A stretch of 64,000 nucleotides of DNA from an uncultured bacterium (GCA_964410945.1 CAYPJE010000003.1:3398-67397), one strand, 5' to 3'; counted from the stretch's first letter, positions 1-10,376 are shown. Notes: generated by a model not told the origin, from the letters alone. Program-made: numbers and translations.

Positions 1-1
1 T

Positions 2-274
2 GATTATTTCTCCAGTTTCGAAACCTCGGATTTGGTCGGTATTCTGCTGATCCTGGTGGCAATTCATTTATTGATACTGCGGGGACGCAAAAAGCTTACC
101 GTCCAGTATGGCAACATTCATGCCTGTCCCTATTGTAATCACGAAAAAATGAAACGTGTTAAACGGTTTTACTGGCATAAGCTTCTGGGGTACTCCCTGA
201 TGCTACGCACTAAGCATTATCGCTGCCTTTCCTGTAATAAAAGCACCATTACATTTTCACAGATGAAACCTTAG
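2..274 (+). CDS. hypothetical membrane-anchored zinc-ribbon protein (5' end may lie outside the window)
   Basis: ORF track 32..274 begins at TTG, but the same frame is open back to nt 2. Hydrophobic helix VGILLILVAIHLLIL is followed by two CxxC pairs (CPYC, CLSC). Confidence 0.4.
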   Translation, partial: DYFSSFETSDLVGILLILVAIHLLILRGRKKLTVQYGNIHACPYCNHEKMKRVKRFYWHKLLGYSLMLRTKHYRCLSCNKSTITFSQMKP

Positions 275-426
275 ATATTTACGGATTTTTCTGCTGTTTA
301 CAGATTAAAATTACCACAATTATCGGCGGTCAGTTAAAAAATCAACCATCAGGATTTAAAGTGTTTGGCAGGCTGGTTTGGCTGACCTAAATTCGCCACC
401 GCTCTTTAGAGTAAAAATGTAAATAT

Positions 427-498
427 GGCCCGTTCGTCTAGTGGTTAGGACACCAGGTTTTCATCCTGGCAGCAGGAGTTCGATTCTCCTACGGGCTA
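427..498 (+). tRNA. tRNA-Glu (anticodon UUC)
   Basis: 72-nt cloverleaf read by hand. Acceptor GGCCCGT/ACGGGCT (G1-U72 wobble). D-arm GTCT-AGTGGTTA-GGAC. Anticodon stem CCAGG/CCTGG with loop TTTTCAT (anticodon TTC). T-arm AGGAG-TTCGATT-CTCCT. No encoded CCA. Confidence 0.85.
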
Positions 499-2303
499 CT
501 CCTTTTTTCCCTTGATTTTCCCATTTGATTTTCCAATTCTTCCCATTCAGTATACAAACCGCTCAATTCCTTATCGATCTGTTGTTTTTCCGCTAATAGT
601 TCATTGAGCTTGTCGGCATCGCTGGCATAGCGGGGATCGTTTAACGTATTGCTTACCTCTGCCAGCATCTGCTCAGCCTTCCCGATCTGCTTCTCCACAC
701 GGTTAATGGCCTTCTGCAGTTCGCGGCGCACCCGGGCCGGTTTGGGTGTCTGCTCTGCTTTGTCAGCGGCCTTTTCCACCTTACCAGTCAACTGGTGGCG
801 ATATAGTTGACTGTAATCAGCAAAATATTTCACTTCACCCCCGGTATCAAGATAGATCAGCTCATGGCATAACCGGTCGATCAGATAGCGATCATGGGAT
901 ATCATAACAATGGCTCCGGGAAACTCACGCAGGTTTTCTTCCAGCACCTCCAGGGTCGGGATATCCAGATCATTGGTTGGCTCATCCAGGAGCAGAATTT
1001 CGGCTGGTTTTAGCATCAGGTTGGCCAGCAGAACCCGGGCCCTTTCCCCGCCGGATAACTGCGCTACCGGTAATTCCAGTTGTTCAGGTGTAAACAGGAA
1101 GCGTTTGGCCCAGGAAATAATGTGAATCGTCTTACCCCGGTAAATCACGCTATCACCGGATGTGACCAGCGCCTGCTGCAGGGATTGGGATTCATCCTTC
1201 AGGAAGCGCTTCTGATCGAATTTCACCATCTTGACGCCATCAGCCCGCCTGACGTAACCCTTTTCCGGTTCCAGCATTCCATAAAGAATGTCGATCAACG
1301 TGCTTTTCCCGCTGCCATTGCGCCCCATGATACCAATGCACTTACCCGGCGTAAGCAGCAGGTCGAGATTGGTGAACAACAAGTTCCCGGAGCGTGTCTT
1401 GCTCAGGTTTTTACCTTCCAGCAGCCGTTTGGTCTTCCGCTCGGTGGCATCAAAATCGATTCGGGCGGACCGTTTCAGGGTATTGCGGAATTTGATCTCT
1501 TCCAAATCGCCGATCTTCCGATGGGCCGTATCAATCCGTGAGCGGGCTTTGCTGGTCCGTGCTTTCGGTCCCCGGCGCAGCCATTCGATCTCCCGCCGCA
1601 CGGTATTGGACAGGGTCAATTCCTTCCGGGACTGTTGTGCAATATACTGTTCTCGCCGCTCAATGAAAGTACTGTAATTGCCCTCAACCTTCAGATAACC
1701 GTTGTTGTAACGTTTATCCAGCTCAACTATGCGATTGGTGACATTTTCCAGAAAATAGCGGTCATGGCTCACTACCAGAAAGGCAAACGGTGACGATTGC
1801 AGCAGCTTTTCCAGCCATAGGATTCCTTCCAGATCCAGGTGATTGGTGGGCTCATCCATCAGCAGGACATCGGGTCGCCGCAGTAGAGCCTGGGCGATCG
1901 CCAGCCGCTTACGCCATCCCCCGGACAGCGTACTTACCGGTTGATCCAAATCAGAAAACTCAACCAAAGTCCGAATCTCATCCAATTGCTTGGCCTGCTC
2001 CCAGTTTTCCAGTTCACCCGGAATATCAGCCAACAAGATTTCTCCAACGGTCTTGTTTTCATTAAATACATCCACCTGGGAAAGATAGATCAGACGCACA
2101 CCCCGTTGACGGCCCACTTCACCGGAATCGGGATACTCCAGATCGGCCAGGATTTTCATCAAAGTGGATTTGCCGGTACCGTTGGGACCGATCAGACCCA
2201 TTTTTTCCGTTGGCAAAAAACTGAAGGACAAATCCGTAAACAGGGGTCGTGACCCAAAAGATTTGGAGATTGAGTGGGTGGTTATATAGGGCAGGCTGGA
2301 CAT
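489..2303 (-). CDS. ABC-F family ATPase (soluble tandem ABC protein, Uup/YheS-like)
   Basis: Two cassettes: Walker A GPNGTGKST and GRNGSGKST, signatures LSGGWRKR and LSGGERAR, Walker B LLMDEPTNHLD and LLLDEPTNDLD. No TM segments. C-terminal coiled-coil-like tail. Confidence 0.9.
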   Translation of the reverse strand: MSSLPYITTHSISKSFGSRPLFTDLSFSFLPTEKMGLIGPNGTGKSTLMKILADLEYPDSGEVGRQRGVRLIYLSQVDVFNENKTVGEILLADIPGELENWEQAKQLDEIRTLVEFSDLDQPVSTLSGGWRKRLAIAQALLRRPDVLLMDEPTNHLDLEGILWLEKLLQSSPFAFLVVSHDRYFLENVTNRIVELDKRYNNGYLKVEGNYSTFIERREQYIAQQSRKELTLSNTVRREIEWLRRGPKARTSKARSRIDTAHRKIGDLEEIKFRNTLKRSARIDFDATERKTKRLLEGKNLSKTRSGNLLFTNLDLLLTPGKCIGIMGRNGSGKSTLIDILYGMLEPEKGYVRRADGVKMVKFDQKRFLKDESQSLQQALVTSGDSVIYRGKTIHIISWAKRFLFTPEQLELPVAQLSGGERARVLLANLMLKPAEILLLDEPTNDLDIPTLEVLEENLREFPGAIVMISHDRYLIDRLCHELIYLDTGGEVKYFADYSQLYRHQLTGKVEKAADKAEQTPKPARVRRELQKAINRVEKQIGKAEQMLAEVSNTLNDPRYASDADKLNELLAEKQQIDKELSGLYTEWEELENQMGKSREKRSSP

Positions 2304-2324
2304 TTCAATCGAAAAAGGAAAACC

Positions 2325-2579
2325 TTAACGTTTACGGTGAACGGAACGGGTTGTTTTTACCCTGATCTCTTTCCCAAGAATATTTTTCTTATTCAGTTCT
2401 TTAATCGCAGCCTGGGCTTCAACGGCCCGGGGCATTTCAATAAATCCAAAACCCTTGGTTTTTCCAGTATACTCATCCATCACCAGATCACAGGATTTGA
2501 TTTTCCCGAATGGCTGAAATAACTCTCGCAGTTCCCTTTCCGTAAAACTGCGTGGTAAATTGCGGGCAATAATTTTCAT
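2325..2579 (-). CDS. RRM-type RNA-binding protein
   Basis: 84 aa. RNP-1 octamer KGFGFIEM and an RNP-2-like IIARNL. Typical bacterial single-RRM size. Confidence 0.85.
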   Translation of the reverse strand: MKIIARNLPRSFTERELRELFQPFGKIKSCDLVMDEYTGKTKGFGFIEMPRAVEAQAAIKELNKKNILGKEIRVKTTRSVHRKR

Positions 2580-2773
2580 AATTCCTCAAATAATTGGTTC
2601 CTGAAATTACACATCCATCAGACAGTACATTTGTTTTCTTTTGGGCCAATGAAGGATAAATCCTCGGTAACCTTGACAGAATATTTAACATTTGATATTC
2701 AACTATCCCCGGTTTAGCTTCCGTAAGTTAATACATACCATTCTATAATTCAGAACATGCCTGGAATTGACAG

Positions 2774-3904
2774 ATGAAAACCGCCCTCCTGATTATCCTG
2801 ATCCTGATTGTTATTATCATTCCCTCCCGCAAGGCAATGGTCAGATACAAACGCCTGCTGTTTTTCGGCTTGAGTCTGTTTACCAATGGCGAATCCCGGC
2901 TGGTGCGCCTGTTTTCCCGGCCGATCGATTGCACGCTCACCGAATATGATGATGAAGGACAGAATTACCCCATCAAGATATTCCAGCCACCAAAGGTAAA
3001 GCATCCCCTTCCCGCCGTTATCCTGTACCATGGAGCCACCCCCTTCGGACTGGATCATCCCACCATGAATCTGCTGGCGGAAAACCTGGTCCGCCTGGGA
3101 GTGCGGGTTTTCCATCCCCTCATGCCGCAACTGGCAAATATGAAGCTTTCACCACAGACTATCCCCCGGATGAAACGGTTTTACCGGCAGGTGGAACAGA
3201 GGGACGATATCCAGGCAGATAAAATCATGATCGCCGGCGTGAGTTTTTCCGGCGGTATGGTGGTACGCCTCAGTACCGATCCGGAAATCAATCCCGCCAG
3301 TGTAATTTCGTATGGCAGCTATTACGACCTGGCGACTACCCTGCAGTTTTTCTTTACCGGCCAGGCCCGGTTCGGAGATACTGAAATTGAAATGACACCA
3401 CATGAGTATACCAAGGCGGTCTGGTTCTGGAATTATATTGACAAACTTAAGCTGCCATTCGATACCGGCCCCGTTACCGAAGCAATTGAAATTTTTATTC
3501 GCCGGGATTACGAGGAAGCAAAAAGATACCAGGCTGAGTGTACACCTGAACAACAGGAATTCCTGGACCATGTTTTCACTCCCGCTGATCCGCGATCGCT
3601 GCCCTACCTGAAAGAAGCGGCGGAAAAAGTTCAGGAAGATGTAGAATCAATATCGCCACGTTATTTTATCGATGATATACAATCACCGTTGTTTGTCATC
3701 CATGGCACACAGGATGATATGATCCCCTATACCGAAAATCTGGCCATGACTACTGCCCTGGACGAGCACAATAAAAACTACTACTCACATCTGATCCGGT
3801 TATTTGGCCACACAGCAGCCAATAGAGCATCACTCTGGGGTCTGGTAAAAGAGGTTACACACTTGATCAAATTGCTGGTGCGCCTGATAAAAACAATCGA
3901 ATGA
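2774..3904 (+). CDS. membrane-anchored alpha/beta-hydrolase (dienelactone hydrolase / S9-like)
   Basis: N-terminal TM helix ALLIILILIVIIIP. Nucleophile elbow GVSFSGG. C-terminal HGTQDDMIPY and a later GH, consistent with a Ser-Asp-His triad. Confidence 0.65.
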   Translation: MKTALLIILILIVIIIPSRKAMVRYKRLLFFGLSLFTNGESRLVRLFSRPIDCTLTEYDDEGQNYPIKIFQPPKVKHPLPAVILYHGATPFGLDHPTMNLLAENLVRLGVRVFHPLMPQLANMKLSPQTIPRMKRFYRQVEQRDDIQADKIMIAGVSFSGGMVVRLSTDPEINPASVISYGSYYDLATTLQFFFTGQARFGDTEIEMTPHEYTKAVWFWNYIDKLKLPFDTGPVTEAIEIFIRRDYEEAKRYQAECTPEQQEFLDHVFTPADPRSLPYLKEAAEKVQEDVESISPRYFIDDIQSPLFVIHGTQDDMIPYTENLAMTTALDEHNKNYYSHLIRLFGHTAANRASLWGLVKEVTHLIKLLVRLIKTIE

Positions 3905-3905
3905 T

Positions 3906-5027
3906 ATGGAAGTTAAAACCCAGTCATATTCCGCCATCGTAATCGGCGGTGGCATCAATGGTTGCGGTATCGCTTCCGAGTTGACCGATCGTGGACAGGA
4001 GGTACTGCTGCTTGAGAGGAATGCCATCGCCAGTGGTACTTCGTCCAAATCGTCCCGGTTGATCCATGGTGGTTTGCGATATCTGGAAATGGCCCGGTTC
4101 GGTCTGGTACGGGAGGCCCTGCACGATCGTCAGGAACTGCTGCAACGCTACCCCGACCTGGTACATTTGAAACCGTTTTATCTCCCGGTATATAAATCAA
4201 GTCCACGTCCGGCCTGGATAATCCGTGCGGGACTGAAAATATATGATATTCTATCCGGTAAATTCTCCGAAGTCCAATCCAGCCGTGTTCCACTGGAAGA
4301 ATTCGGGCAACACGCCCCGGCCCTTTCCCAGGATGATCTGCGGGCCGTGTTCCGCTATTACGACGGTAAGACCGACGATCTGGAACTGACCCGCCGCATT
4401 GCCCGTGATGCCCACCGGAACGGCTGCCAGATCCATGAACATATCATTATCAGGCAAATTGAAAAAGATAATCATAATTATATCATAACCACTAATCGTG
4501 GTATTTTTACCAGTTCCACCTTAATCAATGCCACCGGTCCCTGGATCGATGAGTTCAATGAAGAATTCAATCTGCCGGCCCGTTTCACTATCCGCAAGAT
4601 CAGCGGGATTCATATTGTGATCGACGGACTGCTGACCAATGACCTGATGTTCATGCAGACCGGCAATAAACGTATCTTCTTCATCATACCGGAAGCAGAA
4701 TACAATCGCACGATCATCGGAACCACCGAACGTGAGGAAACCCTGCTCTGCGATGCTGTCAACTACAATGACGAGGATATCGAATATCTATTGGAAAATA
4801 TTAATCGCTACCTGACCGCAGACCGGCACCTGGAAATGAATGATGTGACCGATGTATGGATTGGCATTCGGCCCCTGATCGCCAGAAAAGATAATCCCAC
4901 CGATCTGTCCCGTGAATACGCCCTGGATCATCATCAGGATGGACAGACCAACCTGATTCATGTTTTTGGCGGCAAGCTTACGACTTTTTTATCGCTGGCC
5001 AGGAAAACAGCTACTCTTCTGGAATAG
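3906..5027 (+). CDS. FAD-dependent glycerol-3-phosphate dehydrogenase-like oxidoreductase
   Basis: Dinucleotide-binding VIGGGINGCGIA. SSKSSRLIHGGLRYLE motif as in GlpD/GlpA. At 373 aa it is shorter than canonical GlpD. Confidence 0.7.
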   Translation: MEVKTQSYSAIVIGGGINGCGIASELTDRGQEVLLLERNAIASGTSSKSSRLIHGGLRYLEMARFGLVREALHDRQELLQRYPDLVHLKPFYLPVYKSSPRPAWIIRAGLKIYDILSGKFSEVQSSRVPLEEFGQHAPALSQDDLRAVFRYYDGKTDDLELTRRIARDAHRNGCQIHEHIIIRQIEKDNHNYIITTNRGIFTSSTLINATGPWIDEFNEEFNLPARFTIRKISGIHIVIDGLLTNDLMFMQTGNKRIFFIIPEAEYNRTIIGTTEREETLLCDAVNYNDEDIEYLLENINRYLTADRHLEMNDVTDVWIGIRPLIARKDNPTDLSREYALDHHQDGQTNLIHVFGGKLTTFLSLARKTATLLE

Positions 5028-5535
5028 TGGCCTGTTTCAATTTATCCAATTCCATCAGAATATCGGTAGCATGAGTTGTAACATCAACTTCCTCATAGAT
5101 TTTACGAACAATACCTTCCGGATCGATCAGAAAGGTTTTCCGTCTCGGGAACATCATCCCCTTAGCACCGAAAAGCTCTGATACATTCTTTTCAACATCG
5201 GAAAGGAGAGTAAACGGCAGGGCATGTTTTTCTTGGAAAGCTTTGTGACTTTTCGGGCTGTCATAACTGATTCCTAAAACAATCACTTCATTCTTCTCAA
5301 ACTTAGAATAATTATCACGCAAACCGCAGGCTTCAGCCGTACAACCGGGGGTATCGTCCTTGGGATAAAAATATACAACTATCCACTGACCTCTATAGTC
5401 GCTTAACCGGTGCTGTTCCTCGTCCTGATCATGCAACATAAAATCGGGGACAGCATCACCATTACTCAGGCCATCAGGTTTGCTACACAGCAATCCGCTG
5501 GCCAAAAACATGAAAACAATTAGATAACGCATCAA
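5011..5535 (-). CDS. bcp: peroxiredoxin (Bcp-type thiol peroxidase) with N-terminal signal/lipoprotein-like sequence
   Basis: PKDDTPGCTAEAC peroxidatic-Cys motif of the AhpC/TSA family. N-terminus MMRYLIVFMFLASGLLC. Converges on and overlaps the previous gene by 17 nt. Confidence 0.8.
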   Translation of the reverse strand: MMRYLIVFMFLASGLLCSKPDGLSNGDAVPDFMLHDQDEEQHRLSDYRGQWIVVYFYPKDDTPGCTAEACGLRDNYSKFEKNEVIVLGISYDSPKSHKAFQEKHALPFTLLSDVEKNVSELFGAKGMMFPRRKTFLIDPEGIVRKIYEEVDVTTHATDILMELDKLKQATIPEE

Positions 5536-5610
5536 TCACTCCTCCAGACTACCATTTCAATTTAATCATGGTAGTATAATGACCACTGATTAGTTCCGGC
5601 CGGCAATATC

Positions 5611-6837
5611 TCAGTCAGAGGGTACGCGAAAGAAGTCTGGCCGTATCCAGGCCGTCATCAATACACCGACCATACTGAGCCAGAACAATCCGGATGTTAC
5701 CCGCAGACTCACCGCCACACTGGACCATTCCGCCACCCAACCGGCAGCAAGGGTGCTCAGTATTACCAGCAGACGCGTAATTACACCCAGGATGGTCTGT
5801 GCCCGGCCCATCACTTCATTGGGAATCAATTCCATCATGATCGTCCGGCTGACAATCCGGGCCGAATTATTGTGCAGGCCCATGATCAGAAAGAGAACCA
5901 TGGCCCATGCCAGCGAAGGCATATCCGGCAGGAAGAAGCAGGTCAGGCCGGAAATCATATAGGCTACCAACAGGAAATTTTTACGCCGGAATAACCCGGT
6001 GGCCCACACAGCATATACTGTAGCAATCAGGGCACCCACCCCATAGGCGCCGTCCATTAATCCGAAACCTTCGGCACCGGTATTCAAAATATCCAGTGAC
6101 AGGGCAATGGTCAGCACGGCCAGGGCACCCCAGATAGCCACATCGGACAGGACCGAAATACAACCGTAAAACAAGATCATTTTGCGCTTTCCCATGTAAC
6201 GCAGCCCATTGATAAAGCTCTGCCAGATCGGTTCGGTCTTGTGCAGATGGGAGGCGGGTTTGTAATTCGCTGTAGCGATCAAGGTGGCAGAAACCAGATA
6301 GGTCATTCCATCAATGGTCAGTGCGATGTGCGCTCCCCACCAGGAGACCACAAAACCACCCAGGGCTGAACCCAGCAGGGCTCCGGCCTGGTAACTGGCC
6401 GAGAGCAGTGAATTGGCCGACAGATAGTCGCGCTCCGGCACCAGTTCCTGGACAAATGCACTGGCACAGGGCCAGAATATCCCGAAAGCAATTCCTGATA
6501 GAAAACTTACGACATAAAGTTGCCATAACTGGAATTGACCGATGAAGAACAACAGGGGAATCGATAGGGTCAGAATTCCGCGATACAAGTCCAGGATCAC
6601 CAGCAACCGTTTGCGGTTCATACGGTCGATGATAGTCCCGACATAGAGGGCAATCACCAGACCCGGCAGAGTTGAAATTGCCACCAGCTTGCCCAGGGCC
6701 AGTTTGGACCCGGTCATATCCAGCACAATCCAGCTGATGGCGATATAATTCAGGCCCCAGCCGATCAGGGAAATGACATTCCCAATAAAGAAACGGGCAA
6801 AAGCCTGGTTACGGAGTAAACGGAATTGCTGAAGCAT
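5611..6837 (-). CDS. MFS transporter
   Basis: 408 aa, about 12 hydrophobic helices. MFS motif-A-like GTIIDRMNRKR between the second and third helices. Confidence 0.8.
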   Translation of the reverse strand: MLQQFRLLRNQAFARFFIGNVISLIGWGLNYIAISWIVLDMTGSKLALGKLVAISTLPGLVIALYVGTIIDRMNRKRLLVILDLYRGILTLSIPLLFFIGQFQLWQLYVVSFLSGIAFGIFWPCASAFVQELVPERDYLSANSLLSASYQAGALLGSALGGFVVSWWGAHIALTIDGMTYLVSATLIATANYKPASHLHKTEPIWQSFINGLRYMGKRKMILFYGCISVLSDVAIWGALAVLTIALSLDILNTGAEGFGLMDGAYGVGALIATVYAVWATGLFRRKNFLLVAYMISGLTCFFLPDMPSLAWAMVLFLIMGLHNNSARIVSRTIMMELIPNEVMGRAQTILGVITRLLVILSTLAAGWVAEWSSVAVSLRVTSGLFWLSMVGVLMTAWIRPDFFRVPSD

Positions 6838-6993
6838 AAGGGAAATTAGCAGGAATTATTAATAGTTAATAGTATCACCATTCGATACAACTACGTTAAA
6901 GTTCATCTGCCACAGCACCTTTGGTGCGAAGGCATGGCTTCGTTGCACTTGCCAGTTCAGGGTTACAACTATATACTCTAAATAAATAGGTGC

Positions 6994-7055
6994 GTCATGC
7001 TGAGCCTGCCGAAGCAGGGCGGGCCAATTTCACCCTTCGACAAGCCCAAGGTGAC
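6994..7055. repeat. hairpin-forming intergenic repeat, family A, copy 1
   Basis: GTCATGCTGAGCCTGCCGAAGCA ... CCCTTCGACAAGCCCAAGGTGAC. The two arms are imperfect inverted repeats. Closely related to 54849..54913. Confidence 0.7.
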
Positions 7056-7070
7056 AGATTTTAATAGGTA

Positions 7071-7129
7071 TGTCATGGTGAGCTTGATCCATAGGAACCT
7101 CTACGGGGTCGAAGCATTGTGCTGTCAGG
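7071..7129. repeat. degenerate family A repeat, copy 2
   Basis: TGTCATGGTGAGCTTGATCC ... GGGGTCGAAGCATTGTGCTGTCAGG shares the GTCATG-TGAGC and TCGAAGCA cores with copy 1. Confidence 0.45.
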
Positions 7130-7142
7130 TATTAGCGGGCCG

Positions 7143-8213
7143 TTAACGCCGTTTATCGCCTTTCAACACTCCCTTGACCATTTTCCCGAATTCCTTATCC
7201 CGGTTGCGCTTTTCCAGGTAGGAGCGTTCGTAGTGGGCCGACTCACGCTCCAGCTTCCGGTAATTATCCAAGCGCTGCTGTGTTAATTGTCCGCTGGCAA
7301 TGGCCGCCAGTACGGCACAACCCTGTTCATGCTGGTGGGTACAGTCCCGAAAACGGCATTCATCCGCAAATTCAAAAATATCAGCATATGTGGCGGAAAT
7401 ACCCTCCCCGGCGCCGAAATTCCCCAGTTCCCGCATCCCTGGTGTATCGATAATCAAGGCACCCTCAGGCAAGCGGATCAACTGGCGGTTAGTAGTAGTG
7501 TGACGCCCGCGACCATCGCTGGTGCGCACCGCAGCCGTTATAAAATCTTCCGTGCCCAGCAAACGGTTTAACAGGGTGGTTTTGCCAACTCCCGATGAAC
7601 CAATCATACAGACTGTTTGGCTGGAATTCAAATATTGCCGGATCTTTTCAAATCCGGTCCCGTCCTGGTTACTCAAAGCAATAACCGGTAAATCAGGCTC
7701 ATTGGCATTAACCTGTCTGATCAAATCATCGATTGATTCCCCGGACAAGAGATCGCTTTTACTTAAAATTAAAACCGGTTGAATACGAGTCGCGCGTACC
7801 ATAACCAGGTAACGCTCCAGACGATTGATACTGAAATCGCTCTCTGCCGCCTGAATGATGAAGGCAAAATCCAGGTTAGCGGCAATGGCCTGGTATTCAA
7901 CCTGCTTGCCGGCGGTTTTTCGTTTCAGTAATGACTGCCGGGGGACCAGATCATGAATTACCGCAAAATCACTATCATCTATGAATTGGACATAGACCCA
8001 GTCACCGACCGCCGGGTAATCCAGGCTTGATTCTATTCCATACTGCAGCCGACCAGTCAACTCAGCTTTAAGCTCCCGTTCGCCATCACTTATCCGGTAC
8101 TGTTCACGATGGACCGCTATTACACGGGCAATCTCAAACTGGTTAAGTTTGTCCTGATCGAGAGTTGATTCAATTTCAGAACTGAATCCAATATTCTTTA
8201 ATTTCATAAACAT
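7143..8213 (-). CDS. rsgA: ribosome small-subunit-dependent GTPase A
   Basis: G1 GSSGVGKTTLLNRL, DTPGMRE, and C-terminal zinc knuckle CRFRDCTHQHEQGCAV. I trimmed the track ORF (to 8294) to Met28 because the extension runs through the upstream terminator hairpin. Confidence 0.9.
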   Translation of the reverse strand: MFMKLKNIGFSSEIESTLDQDKLNQFEIARVIAVHREQYRISDGERELKAELTGRLQYGIESSLDYPAVGDWVYVQFIDDSDFAVIHDLVPRQSLLKRKTAGKQVEYQAIAANLDFAFIIQAAESDFSINRLERYLVMVRATRIQPVLILSKSDLLSGESIDDLIRQVNANEPDLPVIALSNQDGTGFEKIRQYLNSSQTVCMIGSSGVGKTTLLNRLLGTEDFITAAVRTSDGRGRHTTTNRQLIRLPEGALIIDTPGMRELGNFGAGEGISATYADIFEFADECRFRDCTHQHEQGCAVLAAIASGQLTQQRLDNYRKLERESAHYERSYLEKRNRDKEFGKMVKGVLKGDKRR

Positions 8214-8261
8214 GACTGATAAATAATTATATAAGGCAGCGAAGTTAGAATGGTGGGCAAT

Positions 8262-8288
8262 AAAAAAAAAGGCCGGACGAGACCGGCC
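8262..8288 (-). terminator. rho-independent terminator after the 8311..8703 gene
   Basis: Minus strand reads GGCCGG-TCTCGT-CCGGCC followed by T9. Confidence 0.7.
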
Positions 8289-8310
8289 TATCATGCTGAC
8301 GGTTATATAT

Positions 8311-8703
8311 TTAACGGCTACTTTTAAGTTTTACGGGTTTATAAGAAATCTTTTCCGGTTTTGCAGAACCAGAGATACGATCAAGTTTGAATAAGGCGTT
8401 TTTCAGCCTGCCGGTATCATTGGATTGGGAACAACACTTCTGTAGAATTCGTCTGGTCTCATCAATATTGAAATCAGGGGTATTTTTTACCAGAATCGGC
8501 ATACCGTATTCATCGTTGATACTGGCATTAATCTGCTCGATTTGACCATCAAAGCTGTCAGCAATCGTCTGGCTGTCAAGCCGGTATCCATCCTTATCCA
8601 CATTCAACTGGATCGATGATAATAATAAAAAAATGGCGGTTACTGTTACCGGCAGTAACAGATAACTCAGTCTGGTAATAATGTTACTGATAAAATTCAA
8701 CAT
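8311..8703 (-). CDS. hypothetical membrane-anchored protein
   Basis: 130 aa with one N-terminal hydrophobic helix (LLPVTVTAIFLLLSSI). No recognisable motif. Followed by a clean terminator. Confidence 0.5.
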   Translation of the reverse strand: MLNFISNIITRLSYLLLPVTVTAIFLLLSSIQLNVDKDGYRLDSQTIADSFDGQIEQINASINDEYGMPILVKNTPDFNIDETRRILQKCCSQSNDTGRLKNALFKLDRISGSAKPEKISYKPVKLKSSR

Positions 8704-8837
8704 AGCGTTGATTCACTTTCTCCCGCTCTCCTGGTTGGTAAAAAATCGGTCTTGACCGTCACTATCCTCAACCAATATTAAGGCCTAAATATTTCAGATA
8801 AAAGGATTATTTGAGAATGAATCTCATTTATTATAAA

Positions 8838-10376
8838 TCAGTGTCGATGGAGATCCTTGTGCATTATCTTCCTGGTTTCGTATAATCGATCGTCGGCAGG
8901 TAGATCGATCAATTTCTGGTTGATGAATTCATCATTTTCACCATCAAGTAATTCGGCCATATAATCTATTATACTGGCAGGGAAAATACCTTCCCGCTCA
9001 TATAATTCACGTTTTGTTTCTATCACCCGGGATGATCCGACACAGCTATGGGGCAGCTGGGGTAGATTTTTCAACAGATCTCTATTCTGAAATATATTAC
9101 CGCTGACTTCCAGCTTTCGGGCCAGCTCAACCGCTTCAGGATTCGTCAATCCCCACTCGACAGCCATCGTTATCCCCGCCAGCAGCAAGTGGACGATGGC
9201 ACTTCCATCGGGACTGCGCAATTCAACCGTCTGCCGGCTCCGGTGCCGCTGGTATTCTTCGCTGTCCTGTGGATTCAAGGTAGATCCCAGTATATCTACA
9301 TGACTCCATCCCAGGGGTACCCTGATCATAGCACTGCGATTCCGGTCGCTCCAGCAGATATTTGTTGGGGCTTCCTGATTTGGGACCAGCCGCAGGTAAG
9401 CCGATGATGTTGTGTTACCAAAAGCTGTCAACGAATCGGCATAATGGCACATACCGCCAATAGCCTTAATGGCTGTATCAGACAGCTTACCATCCGGAGC
9501 AGTCATTATATTATCACCATTTTTGCTTACTGCCGTATGGATATGGAAACCGTTCCCGGCCACACCCTCCTCCAGTTTCGGTGCAAAGGTGGCCACACAA
9601 TCATATTTATAAGCGATATTCCTTATCAGCCAGCGGGCCAGGGCCAGATGATCACCGGCATCGACTACCGGGGTCAACTGAAACTCGATCTCAATCTGCT
9701 CGGCCTGCTTGCCTCTGATCTCATCCAGGTTGCTGCGCACACTCTCTACATATCCCACTTCACTGTGGGCATATTTTACCGCACCGGTTATCTGGGTGAT
9801 ATGACGGACCATTTCATCCAGAATCTGGCCGCTTTTAACATAGGGCGAGGCCGCATGGTAGCCCTGTTGCTTGGCTGAGACAAAAATATTGGAGCGGGGA
9901 TTCTGAATCAGGAAAAATTCCAACTCACCGAGAGCGTTTAATTCGCAACCGGTATTCTTTGTGAAAAGATCACTGGAACGCTGGAGGATATTATCCAGTG
10001 CGAAGGGAGCCAACTCGCCTTCATGGGTCATGAAACGACAGATAAAATCGAGGCTGGTTGAATCGAACGGATTCAGGAAGGCGGTCTTGTAGATCGGTAC
10101 AACATACAGATCCGACAGTGATGCATCTACCAGGCCCTTGAACAGCGAGGAACCATCCACGCGTTCACCTTCGGCCAGAATCCGGTCAGCCTGGCGCTGA
10201 TTGGCGATTGGGAGCTTCAGTTCTTTCAGCTTGCTGTCCAGAGCGGTATAATGAAAGGTGATTTTTTCAATTCTCTTTTCAGCGATAACCTTTAGCAGAT
10301 CGGCCCGGGTAAAAGCATCCCGATCCTTGTCAACAATAAGTGAAACTGGATTTGCCAGGGCATAATCGTGATTCAT
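8838..10376 (-). CDS. glutamine synthetase family protein
   Basis: GS catalytic-domain motifs: GELEFFL, GNGFHIH, NRSAMIRVP, VELRSPDGSA. I prefer the ATG at 10376 (preceded by GGGGAG) over the TTG at 10400. Confidence 0.75.
   Translation of the reverse strand: MNHDYALANPVSLIVDKDRDAFTRADLLKVIAEKRIEKITFHYTALDSKLKELKLPIANQRQADRILAEGERVDGSSLFKGLVDASLSDLYVVPIYKTAFLNPFDSTSLDFICRFMTHEGELAPFALDNILQRSSDLFTKNTGCELNALGELEFFLIQNPRSNIFVSAKQQGYHAASPYVKSGQILDEMVRHITQITGAVKYAHSEVGYVESVRSNLDEIRGKQAEQIEIEFQLTPVVDAGDHLALARWLIRNIAYKYDCVATFAPKLEEGVAGNGFHIHTAVSKNGDNIMTAPDGKLSDTAIKAIGGMCHYADSLTAFGNTTSSAYLRLVPNQEAPTNICWSDRNRSAMIRVPLGWSHVDILGSTLNPQDSEEYQRHRSRQTVELRSPDGSAIVHLLLAGITMAVEWGLTNPEAVELARKLEVSGNIFQNRDLLKNLPQLPHSCVGSSRVIETKRELYEREGIFPASIIDYMAELLDGENDEFINQKLIDLPADDRLYETRKIMHKDLHRH

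Noticed and set aside
8214-8294. N-terminal extension of rsgA in the track ORF.
   Set aside because: The extension runs through the terminator hairpin and poly-T of the upstream gene. RsgA homology begins near MKLKNIGF.
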